A stretch of 64,000 bases of DNA, from contig JBGSRK010000011.1 of NCBI GenBank assembly GCA_041737595.1, forward strand, positions 66,658 to 130,657. Direction: 5' to 3'. Shown here one piece after another: positions 34,591 to 42,765 of the stretch. How positions within the stretch are numbered: position 1 is the first letter of the stretch; every line of letters starts with the position of its first letter. The position numbers were made by a program, and so were the translations under genes. The stretch comes from Patescibacteria group bacterium (GTDB taxonomy: Bacteria > Patescibacteriota > CPR2 > UBA1875). The notes below the pieces were generated by a model that had not been told where the DNA came from, ran no database searches, and was given only the letters and a program-made list of their open reading frames with translations.

Positions 34591-34989
34591 TTATTTAAGG
34601 GGTGGGGCTAGACAGGTTTTTATCTGTTTGGCCCAGCCACCGAGCATGCGTCCGACTTCATCTAGTTGCTCCGAGATGGCAGCATATTTTTTGTTATCTA
34701 ACGCCTTTATTTCCCAAGCAATCCTTAGAAAAAACTTCACAAGGTCAAGTTTAACCCCTGCTTCAAATACTTGTTCGTATTTTTGATCTCCTCTCAAGTG
34801 AGAAGCGTTAAAGGTTAATTCGATTACTATGAGAAGCGCCGAATCGATATTTGCTCCAAGCGAGTACCTTGAGGTTTTAGGAAAGTTAACAAGAAGTTCT
34901 TGCCACGATTTGTATGCCTTAACTTGTTTTTGAATTACTGGGAGATCTATGCTGGAATTTGTTTTTTCCTTATGAAAATTGCTTTGCAT
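34591..34989 (-). CDS. avd: Avd-like accessory variability determinant (four-helix-bundle / 23S rRNA-IVS protein family)
   Basis: 132 aa; C-terminal 'SEQLDEVGRMLGGWAKQIK' resembles BPP-1 Avd 'AEVGRILGSWIARV'; adjacent to RT and TR. Confidence 0.65.
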   Translation of the reverse strand: MQSNFHKEKTNSSIDLPVIQKQVKAYKSWQELLVNFPKTSRYSLGANIDSALLIVIELTFNASHLRGDQKYEQVFEAGVKLDLVKFFLRIAWEIKALDNKKYAAISEQLDEVGRMLGGWAKQIKTCLAPPLK

Positions 34990-35979
34990 GATATTTACTC
35001 CAAAGTTATAAGTGTTGATAATCTCCTTGAGGCGTGGAAGGAATTTCGAGTTCGCAAGTCAAACAAACCGGATGTGCAAGAGTTTGAAGTCAAACTGATA
35101 GATGATATTTTAGCATTGCATCGGTCTTTAATGCAAAGTAGATATAAGCATGGCGGGTACAAAGAATTTGTCATACACGATCCAAAGCAAAGGTTAATTC
35201 ACAAAGCTATCGTGCGCGACCGGCTACTGCATCACGCTGTTTTTCGAGTTTTGTATCCATTTTTTGATAAAACATTTATTTGCGATTCATACTCATCAAG
35301 AAAAGGCAAAGGCACACATAAGGCCGTTCAGAGATTCAGGGTATTTATTAACAAGGTCAGCATTAACAACACTAAAACATGTTGGGTCTTAAAATGTGAT
35401 ATCAAGAAGTTCTTTGCTAGTATTGATCATTCAGTTTTGATTGAAATACTCAAAGGTTACATTGATGACGACAAAACCATGCGCTTGCTCACCGAAATTA
35501 TCTCCAGCTATAACTCCGCGGAAAATATCGGACTACCCCTAGGTAATCTAACGTCTCAGTTGCTTGTGAATATTTACATGAATGAGTTCGATCAATTTAT
35601 GAAGCATAAGATGAAGGTAAAATATTATGTCCGTTATGCTGACGATTTTGTTATTTTGTCTGATGATGAGGATTATTTGCTACAACTTAAACAAACCATC
35701 GGGAACTTCTTAGGGATGCATCTAATGCTTGAGCTTCACCCAAAGAAAACCGTAATCAGAACCGTTGCTTCAGGTGTTGATTTTCTGGGCTATGTTGTTT
35801 TTCCAAAATTTATAGTACTTAGAACGGAGACAAAAAGACGAATGCTAAAGAAGGTCTCAAAACGGAATATAGACTCTTACCACGGAATCATGAAGCATTG
35901 TAACGGATACGGCTTAGAGCAAAAAGTCAGAAAGATTGTGGATAATCAAGAACTCCAAGAGAGAGGCCCAAAGACGTAA
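34972..35979 (+). CDS. DGR-type reverse transcriptase
   Basis: N-terminus 'VISVDNLLEAWKEFRVRKSNK', 'LKCDIKKFFASIDH', DGR-like motif 4 'LPLGNLTSQLLVNIYMNEF' (SQ rather than the group II QGxxxSP), 'YVRYADDFVIL'. No maturase/X domain. The track ORF starts at 34900. Confidence 0.8.
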   Translation: MKIALHDIYSKVISVDNLLEAWKEFRVRKSNKPDVQEFEVKLIDDILALHRSLMQSRYKHGGYKEFVIHDPKQRLIHKAIVRDRLLHHAVFRVLYPFFDKTFICDSYSSRKGKGTHKAVQRFRVFINKVSINNTKTCWVLKCDIKKFFASIDHSVLIEILKGYIDDDKTMRLLTEIISSYNSAENIGLPLGNLTSQLLVNIYMNEFDQFMKHKMKVKYYVRYADDFVILSDDEDYLLQLKQTIGNFLGMHLMLELHPKKTVIRTVASGVDFLGYVVFPKFIVLRTETKRRMLKKVSKRNIDSYHGIMKHCNGYGLEQKVRKIVDNQELQERGPKT

Positions 35980-36000
35980 AAGCGGTACCGTGGAACAACG

Positions 36001-36363
36001 TTACTGATCGATTAGGCCTTTAATCTCGTCGTTGATTCTAACCTTCTCAAGCATGATTGCCGTAAGCAATGACTTTTCTGCTTCAAGGTAGGCCTGTTTC
36101 ATGGTTACGTCTTTACCGCACTTCTTCTCAAGGAATTCTTGTGCCTCTTTCGCCATATTTCTAGTAACGCCATTCTTTTCGTACTCTTTCTCGACTGTAA
36201 GCCAATATCCTAATCCGTTTCTTAAAGTAGCGTACTTAACCGCATCAGTTTTTGTTAGTTCCTTGCCGAACTTTACCTTAAACTCGTTTGTCGCTTTTAC
36301 GATTTCTTCTTCGGTCGGTTTGGGTAATTGAGGTTTTAAATTTGTAATTTCTTGTTCTTTCAT
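36001..36363 (-). CDS. hypothetical protein
   Basis: 120-aa K/E-rich ORF with GGAAGAG RBS. Confidence 0.35.
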   Translation of the reverse strand: MKEQEITNLKPQLPKPTEEEIVKATNEFKVKFGKELTKTDAVKYATLRNGLGYWLTVEKEYEKNGVTRNMAKEAQEFLEKKCGKDVTMKQAYLEAEKSLLTAIMLEKVRINDEIKGLIDQ

Positions 36364-36372
36364 GACTCTTCC

Positions 36373-37005
36373 TTACCTTAATATTACATCCACAATATTA
36401 AACACAGCCAGAATACTTTTCAACAGTACTATCATAACTTGAAAAATAGCCGTAAGCGACCATCTAATAGCAAAAGCTACTGGTTCAATCAGAAATATTT
36501 TGATCTTTTGTCTGAAATCTAGTTTTAGATTATGAGGTTGGCTCATGAGTTTGTATCCGTTTATCAGTTTTTGATTCAGAGTTAAGTTTGACAAAACTTG
36601 AGCAGTGAAATCCTCGTCTGCTATCCTTATCATAAGTTCCTTACTTCTTTTTTGGGAAAGAATGTTGAGACTACCTTCCCAAAGGATTTTACGATCTATC
36701 ATGGCCACTTTTTCATGAATGGAACCGTCGATATATGTAATGTGAGCTCCAAGTTTTTTGTAAATCTGAATTGCTGTTCTGATCTCATCTTGAACATATT
36801 CTTCATGTTCTAAAACTGGGCGAGTGAATATAAAGACATGGACATTTTTCCGTTTAAGTTTAAGTAGGGCCCTCCTAAAGAAATCAGCCCTATATTGACT
36901 TATAAAGGGACTATAAATAATAACTTCTTTTTCGGCATTTAACATATCTTTAATCAAAGCGGGGTAAAAAGTAACTTCGTTATATAGGGTGCTTGTTTGA
37001 TCCAT
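36373..37005 (-). CDS. PLD-family (HKD) nuclease-like protein
   Basis: single HKD motif 'HEKVAMIDRKILWEGSLN' (HxK(x)4D(x)6GSxN); hydrophobic C-terminus. Confidence 0.5.
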   Translation of the reverse strand: MDQTSTLYNEVTFYPALIKDMLNAEKEVIIYSPFISQYRADFFRRALLKLKRKNVHVFIFTRPVLEHEEYVQDEIRTAIQIYKKLGAHITYIDGSIHEKVAMIDRKILWEGSLNILSQKRSKELMIRIADEDFTAQVLSNLTLNQKLINGYKLMSQPHNLKLDFRQKIKIFLIEPVAFAIRWSLTAIFQVMIVLLKSILAVFNIVDVILR

Positions 37006-37056
37006 GTTTTCTCCTTTGTTTATTTAATCTAGAAGTTTTTATTATAATTTGATAGA

Positions 37057-37284
37057 ATGATGCTTGTTATGGTAAGTAAAGATGAAAAACCTTTTATAAA
37101 ACTTGGGAACCAGCTCAAGAAGGCGAGAGAAGACGCTATGCTTAGTCAATCCGAGCTAGCGAAGAAATCCGGAGTAAGTCCTAATTACTACGCCGTAGTT
37201 GAGCGAGGTGAGGGTAATCTCTCTTATGAAAAACTACAGCGTATTCTAAAGGTACTTAAAATTAAATCACTTGACGTCAATTAA
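37057..37284 (+). CDS. XRE-family helix-turn-helix transcriptional regulator
   Basis: 'LSQSELAKKSGVSPNYYAVVERGEGNLSYEKLQRILKVL'. Confidence 0.6.
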   Translation: MMLVMVSKDEKPFIKLGNQLKKAREDAMLSQSELAKKSGVSPNYYAVVERGEGNLSYEKLQRILKVLKIKSLDVN

Positions 37285-37289
37285 TCGTC

Positions 37290-38906
37290 TTAGCAATCTG
37301 GGTTATCTAGAGAATCGTAAATAATCCTTAATTTTGGCTCCCACTCTAGAGCAATTTTGACAAAGGTGTTCCAATATTTCTGGTTACGGTCCACCATAGA
37401 AAATTTATTCAGCCCGATGTCCCTGTTTATCGCATAGATAAGCCCTAAAGTGAAGGTTCCAAAACCTTCGCTTTTTTGGTAGGAAATTCCGTTTGGAAAT
37501 ACTAACTTTTGGAACCGAGGCTTGATAACATCTGGCATATCTTGCCATTGTCTTCCCATATCTGTAATAAACTGTCTGGCATAGTCTAGTGCTGTTTCTA
37601 GGTCATATTGTTCAATGCGAGCTTCGCTTAGAGATACCTTGGTAGCAACGATTTCATTCTCAACCTCGGCTTTTCTCTCTAGGAATTCTTCCTTATCGTA
37701 AGAACCATCTTCCCGCATCTCTTTTACTCGCTTAAGCTTGGCCTTAAGCCCCTCTAGAGCTTTCTCCACCCTTTCTGCTTCCTGCTCGTAGCTTTTACCC
37801 TTTTCTTTCCATACGTCAAGCACAGTGGCTTTGAATAGATTTAGGAACTTATCGTTTGGGGTAATTTCTGCAAGCAGCTCAATAAAGTCTTTTTCAAGCT
37901 CATCCTTCTTAATTGATTTGCCGTAGAGTGCGCAACTCTTGGTATAGCAGTGATAGTTTGAATAGATTCCCCCGTGACCACGTGAATTACTTCCCGTTAA
38001 TGGCTTACCACATTCTGAGCAAAGAACGGTCTTTCTCAGAGAGAATTGAGGATTGTAACGCTGTCTCTTCGCCTGTACTCTATTCCCGCTTAATATGTAG
38101 TTGATTGTATCCATTTCATCTTTTGTTATCATCGGTTTATGTTTTCCACGTATCTCCTCACCAGTCCACGGGTTTACGATTATACCTGCATAAAAATGCA
38201 AACTTTTATGAAGAATCCGATAGGCAAGGGAGGAAGTGGCTTCTTTACCATTAATAGATTTGTAACCAAGACTGTTAAGCTTTCTCGCTATCTCAGATTG
38301 AGAATAGATTCCTTTAGCAAATTCCTTCAAAGCAGTTTGTATAATCGGGAACAGTTCTTTATCAGGTGGTGATGGCATTGTCATCTTTTCACCGTGTTTT
38401 TTAGCGTTTAGGCACCTGTATCCTAATGGTGGCTTCCACGGGTATAGTCCTTGGTTAATCCTTGAACTCATCCCTTCACTACACATCTTTTTCCGAATAC
38501 CATTATCGTATTCAGCAATTGCGGCTAAAACAGCCTCCATTAGTTTTCCGCTGGTGCTGTCATCAATCATTGGCTCTTCTACACAGTGAAGGGTTATCCC
38601 ATAACCAGTTAGAATTTTCTTCACTGCATAGTGGTCTTCTAAATTACGAGCGAATCTGTTCACGCGTAGAACAGTGAAGACATCAATAGTATCTTTGTTC
38701 TTTCTACAAAATTCTAGGGCTTCTAGAAAGGCTTCTCTGTTATTCTTATCTAAGCTCTTTGCGCTTTCGCCTTTTTCAATAAAAACTTTTATTACATCAA
38801 TATTCTTCTGCTTACAATAACGCCTGCAGTAATCCTCTTGGTGCTCTAGGCTAGTGCCTTTGACTTGTTCGCCAGAGCTGACTCTTGTGTAAATTATACC
38901 TTTCAT
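37290..38906 (-). CDS. large serine recombinase (integrase)
   Basis: 'GIIYTRVSSGEQ' resolvase catalytic-Ser region, recombinase and zinc-ribbon Cys region, coiled-coil tail; 538 aa, intact. Confidence 0.8.
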   Translation of the reverse strand: MKGIIYTRVSSGEQVKGTSLEHQEDYCRRYCKQKNIDVIKVFIEKGESAKSLDKNNREAFLEALEFCRKNKDTIDVFTVLRVNRFARNLEDHYAVKKILTGYGITLHCVEEPMIDDSTSGKLMEAVLAAIAEYDNGIRKKMCSEGMSSRINQGLYPWKPPLGYRCLNAKKHGEKMTMPSPPDKELFPIIQTALKEFAKGIYSQSEIARKLNSLGYKSINGKEATSSLAYRILHKSLHFYAGIIVNPWTGEEIRGKHKPMITKDEMDTINYILSGNRVQAKRQRYNPQFSLRKTVLCSECGKPLTGSNSRGHGGIYSNYHCYTKSCALYGKSIKKDELEKDFIELLAEITPNDKFLNLFKATVLDVWKEKGKSYEQEAERVEKALEGLKAKLKRVKEMREDGSYDKEEFLERKAEVENEIVATKVSLSEARIEQYDLETALDYARQFITDMGRQWQDMPDVIKPRFQKLVFPNGISYQKSEGFGTFTLGLIYAINRDIGLNKFSMVDRNQKYWNTFVKIALEWEPKLRIIYDSLDNPDC

Positions 38907-39021
38907 ATTTTCTCCTTAAATCAAATGGGGACAACCCTGCTGTACACAGACCCTTGCGGATACTGAACAGGATTGCCCCCAAATGGCAATATCCGCAATA
39001 TGAATCTGTGTACGCTTTAAA

Positions 39022-39744
39022 TTATAACACATTTATGCCTAGTTTCTTCATTCGTTTTTGTAGAATGTTAAGTTCATCCATCATCTCTTCTGGAGATTTT
39101 TCAACAGGTCTGTTATAACGAATTCTTGCTTTTGTAATTTTGAGTAAATCCTCTAGGGTATTAGATAGAGCCTTCAGTCTTTTCCCAGTGAAATCTTCTC
39201 CCTCAAGTTCATTAACGAAACCAAAGTCCGTAATTTCATTTATTCTTTCTAACTCGTTGAGGCTTAAAGCGTCAACGGAGGGTATTGTCGGGCTAGTTGT
39301 ATCCATTTCTATTGCTTTTAGGTATTTAGTTATGCCTTCTGTTGATTTCTTCATAGCTTCTTGATGAGAAATAGCAAGTAGTATACTCATCTCACGGCGT
39401 GCATTATGGTTATAAAGAACATTTAGCGAATACATTAATTCGGGTAAGTTTTTTTGATTAATTTGTTTGATTGAAGACTCCAACGCTTCTAGTACCAGTT
39501 TGTCTTCGCGTTCTGCTTCTTGGTACTGCCACTTAATTTCAGTAAGGTCAGTTGAAACGCAATAGATGGCAAAACGAATCTGGCACAAGGCAAGTTGTTG
39601 CTCTATAGGCATTTTTACAATATAGAGTTCTTCATTTCCTCTTGTCGTTCTGTTCATTGCAAGATTAAGTATGAAGATGGCTTTTTCTTCAAAAGACATA
39701 AAGTCAAAAATGTTGTTAATCTTCTTGTCGTCTTTGGATTGCAT
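39022..39744 (-). CDS. hypothetical protein (recombinase-module accessory)
   Basis: 240-aa ORF in an operon-like array with the recombinase. Confidence 0.35.
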   Translation of the reverse strand: MQSKDDKKINNIFDFMSFEEKAIFILNLAMNRTTRGNEELYIVKMPIEQQLALCQIRFAIYCVSTDLTEIKWQYQEAEREDKLVLEALESSIKQINQKNLPELMYSLNVLYNHNARREMSILLAISHQEAMKKSTEGITKYLKAIEMDTTSPTIPSVDALSLNELERINEITDFGFVNELEGEDFTGKRLKALSNTLEDLLKITKARIRYNRPVEKSPEEMMDELNILQKRMKKLGINVL

Positions 39745-40090
39745 TTGTAATCTCCTCTAATTTAATTTCTATTTGTGATTCCTTTATTGAGGCAAGCATT
39801 ATATTTGCTAGATAGCCTATGGTATTTGCCTCCTTAGGAGACAGCTCACCTTGTCTAATTTCATTGATGCACCTGTTCAGGAGCCTTGTAACGTCTTTTG
39901 AGTTACTAACATTGATGCTATCCTGCTCAACTCGGGGCTTCTTTATTTGTTGCCCGCCTTTTCTTACGGCTTCATATTTTTTATCGCTTAATTCTGGCTC
40001 GTGTGAAAAGCAGTAATCATACCCATTTACGGCGTAGGCACAGCATTTTTGACCATTCGGTTTAATATATTCACAGTGCTTACTCATCAC
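39716..40090 (-). CDS. Cys-rich small protein (putative zinc finger)
   Basis: 'CEYIKPNGQKCCAYAVNGYDYCFSH'. Confidence 0.35.
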   Translation of the reverse strand: MMSKHCEYIKPNGQKCCAYAVNGYDYCFSHEPELSDKKYEAVRKGGQQIKKPRVEQDSINVSNSKDVTRLLNRCINEIRQGELSPKEANTIGYLANIMLASIKESQIEIKLEEITNAIQRRQED

Positions 40091-40262
40091 GGCCTCCCTT
40101 ATCTAGTAAGTAAAGCTTATGGGGGGTTCCTTGTTTTTCTGCCAGCCACTTTTCAAAGATAATGTCTACTAATGAACGAACTGAATCTCTAAGAATCTCT
40201 GCATCCCCATCAGATATGGAGGAGTCCCCCAATAATCGTTTTGTTCGCTCAAGACTAATCAT
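40080..40262 (-). CDS. small conserved protein, homolog of 23927-24139
   Basis: shared 'SD..AEI......D.I' region. Confidence 0.3.
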   Translation of the reverse strand: MISLERTKRLLGDSSISDGDAEILRDSVRSLVDIIFEKWLAEKQGTPHKLYLLDKGGRDE

Positions 40263-40264
40263 TA

Positions 40265-40411
40265 TTATTTACCTATCTGTTCCTCAATAATCTCTTCAAG
40301 TAAAAATTTGACGCTTACCCCCTTCTCTGCTGAAGCTAGCTTCATTTTTTTATGTAGTTCAGAATTGATTCTTACTTGTTTTGATGTTGTTTTGTAAACT
40401 TGTCGCTTCAT
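40265..40411 (-). CDS. ribbon-helix-helix (CopG/Arc-like) small DNA-binding protein, unlisted ORF
   Basis: 'MKRQVYKTTSKQVRINSELHKKMKLASAEKGVSVKFLLEEIIEEQIGK' (49 codons) with GGAGAG RBS. Confidence 0.4.
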   Translation of the reverse strand: MKRQVYKTTSKQVRINSELHKKMKLASAEKGVSVKFLLEEIIEEQIGK

Positions 40412-40630
40412 AATTCTCTCCTTTCAGCCTTAGTATCCTCTCCCTCCCACCAGCCGTTTTCCTTCCTCTGAGCAGTAGACTTCACTTAGTGTGTTTATCT
40501 ACTGGCCTGCTCGTCGTTAAGGTATCCGTGTGGACTTATAGGTCGGGCTAGCAATCCTGATATATTTCTTTTAAGTCGCATATCACACTTGCTAGTAGTA
40601 TCTTCCACGACTGTAATTATTATAAAACGA

Positions 40631-40665
40631 AAAAAATCACCTTAAATTCTAGGATTCAAGGTGAC
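40631..40665 (-). terminator. rho-independent terminator of gene 40693-41628
   Basis: minus-strand hairpin 'tcaccttgaatcctagaatttaaggtga' followed by ttttttt. Confidence 0.45.
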
Positions 40666-40692
40666 AGTTAAACTATATTTTATGAAGCGAGA

Positions 40693-41628
40693 TTATTTAC
40701 CAATTAATCTTTTTCTGATAGCTGATTTAGTAACTCCTGTTTTCTTTCCAACCATTTCGTATATTTCGGCTTTGCTTCTATACTCACCACTATTGCTAGA
40801 GCTAGTCTTTAGCTCACTGAACATCTGGGTTGTTTTTTCTGCCTTGTTTCTGTCTTTGTAATCACGCTTGACAGCACCTCTTAAGAAGCCCTGAAATCTA
40901 TCAAGGTTAGAGTCAACTAGGTCCATTATTTCTGATTTAGTTGTATCTTTATCAAAGACAATGCTACATTCCCAAGAAGCATCGTCATCGCTCCAATTTA
41001 ATCTAAGGGACGTGCTATTGTTTGCTGGTACTAGTCGATTAAAAAGAATCAGCTCAATGATTGCTTTTTTATATCTGTTGGGTAGGTCCCATCTTCTAAG
41101 AACGCTGTAAGCCACGGAACCTATTTCCTTATTTGCCTTTGCGATTGCCCCACCACGGTGAAGTGCCAGCTCTTTTGCCTCTTTGTAATCATTCATAAAC
41201 CTGCCTATAAACCATTTTTCAAACGCGGGACTTATAGGGTTTTCTTGAGAAGAATTCAAGAAAATGTAATCAATCGTATATTGAAACTTCTCTGGCAGGT
41301 CATTTGATAGAGCAAACCCTGTATTTGGTCTAGGCATTCCAAGCGCTTTTCTTGCCTCAATCATTGTATTTTTATCTTGTGTAGACAGCTTGTTATGAGC
41401 TAGGTCTTTTGCTCTTTCTTTGTAGGGGTAGCTTCCTTTTGATGTTAGCAATGGCACAACATTATCGGTCAGCATTCTTTTGAAAACGTTTAACTCCCCA
41501 ATCATATAGTAATCTTTTTCAAAACCAAAGGTTTCCAGTGTCTTTCGAGTAAAATTACCATTCTCTTGACGATAATCCTCAAAGATACCTGACCTGTTAA
41601 GTTGTTCAATAAATCCATTTATATCCAT
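40693..41628 (-). CDS. hypothetical protein divergent from the Dcm methyltransferase (candidate R-M partner)
   Basis: 311-aa ORF; no recognisable motif; position. Confidence 0.3.
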   Translation of the reverse strand: MDINGFIEQLNRSGIFEDYRQENGNFTRKTLETFGFEKDYYMIGELNVFKRMLTDNVVPLLTSKGSYPYKERAKDLAHNKLSTQDKNTMIEARKALGMPRPNTGFALSNDLPEKFQYTIDYIFLNSSQENPISPAFEKWFIGRFMNDYKEAKELALHRGGAIAKANKEIGSVAYSVLRRWDLPNRYKKAIIELILFNRLVPANNSTSLRLNWSDDDASWECSIVFDKDTTKSEIMDLVDSNLDRFQGFLRGAVKRDYKDRNKAEKTTQMFSELKTSSSNSGEYRSKAEIYEMVGKKTGVTKSAIRKRLIGK

Positions 41629-41706
41629 AATTATATTCTAATCCTATAGGTGTATGTGTGACAAGTCGCTTTGTACACTATCATTTAAGGAGCAAAATGG
41701 TTTATA

Positions 41707-42765
41707 ATGACAGTAATGAAAACACCAAGCTTATTTAATAAGATTGAGGAAAAATCAGGGGATTTTACATTTATTGACCTTTTCGCAGGCATCGGAGGGA
41801 TTCGGCTTGGCTTTGAACAAAACGGTGGTGAATGTGTTTACTCATCAGAATGGGATAAATTTGCGCAACTAACATATCAGGCTAATTTTCAAGAATTGCC
41901 AAGTGGTGACATTACAAAAATAGACCCGAAAGTAATTCCTCCTTTTGATGTGCTAATGGCTGGTTTTCCTTGCCAACCATTCTCTATGGCCGGTAAGAAA
42001 CGAGGGTTTGAAGATACTCGAGGAACAATGTTCTTTTATATCGCTAAGATTATTGAGAAACACAAGCCTAAAGCTATTTTACTTGAGAATGTAAAAAACT
42101 TCAGGTCTCACGATAAAGGAAATACATTAAAGACCGTGGTGAGTGTTCTTGAAGACCTAGGATATTCAATCCAGTACAAGGTTCTAAATGCCAAGGATTT
42201 TGGGGTACCTCAGAACAGAGAAAGAATCTATATAGTAGGGTTTAGGGGCAAGACAAATTTCGAGTTTCCTGAGTCAGTGGGAACAGTGACAAGACTTGGA
42301 GATATTCTTGAAAATAATGTTGACTCTAAGTACACCATATCTGATAAACTCTGGGCGGGACATCAGAGAAGAAAGGAAATGCATAAAATCAAAGGTAACG
42401 GTTTTGGGTACTCCCTTTTTAATGAGGACAGTGTTTATACAAGTACTATTTCTGCTAGGTATTATAAGGATGGTTCAGAAATTCTGATTGAACAAAAGGG
42501 TAAGAATCCAAGAAAGCTCACCCCAAGAGAGGCTGGGAGGCTACAGGGGTTCCCAGATAGCTACCTGATACCAGTAAGCGATAATCAGGCTTATAAACAA
42601 TTCGGTAATAGTGTGGCTGTCCCAGTTATTAATGCAGTTGCTTGTAATATGGTAAAGGGAATGAATGATTTGGCTGAGTCAAAGAATAAAGCCCGTATAA
42701 GCGCGGTTGATATAGATGCTATTATGGTTAACAAGGCGGAAGGTGATGTTTGCTATGAAAATTAA
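41707..42765 (+). CDS. dcm: DNA (cytosine-5)-methyltransferase
   Basis: motif I 'FIDLFAGIGGIRLGF', motif IV 'GFPCQPFS', 'ENV' motif VI, 'QFGNSVAVPVI' motif X. Confidence 0.85.
   Translation: MTVMKTPSLFNKIEEKSGDFTFIDLFAGIGGIRLGFEQNGGECVYSSEWDKFAQLTYQANFQELPSGDITKIDPKVIPPFDVLMAGFPCQPFSMAGKKRGFEDTRGTMFFYIAKIIEKHKPKAILLENVKNFRSHDKGNTLKTVVSVLEDLGYSIQYKVLNAKDFGVPQNRERIYIVGFRGKTNFEFPESVGTVTRLGDILENNVDSKYTISDKLWAGHQRRKEMHKIKGNGFGYSLFNEDSVYTSTISARYYKDGSEILIEQKGKNPRKLTPREAGRLQGFPDSYLIPVSDNQAYKQFGNSVAVPVINAVACNMVKGMNDLAESKNKARISAVDIDAIMVNKAEGDVCYEN

Noticed and set aside
34900-35979. Group II intron or retron interpretation of the reverse transcriptase
   Set aside because: There is no maturase (X) or endonuclease domain and no intron RNA domain V-like structure downstream. 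The motif-4 SQ signature, the Avd neighbour and the A-mismatch TR/VR pair fit a DGR instead.
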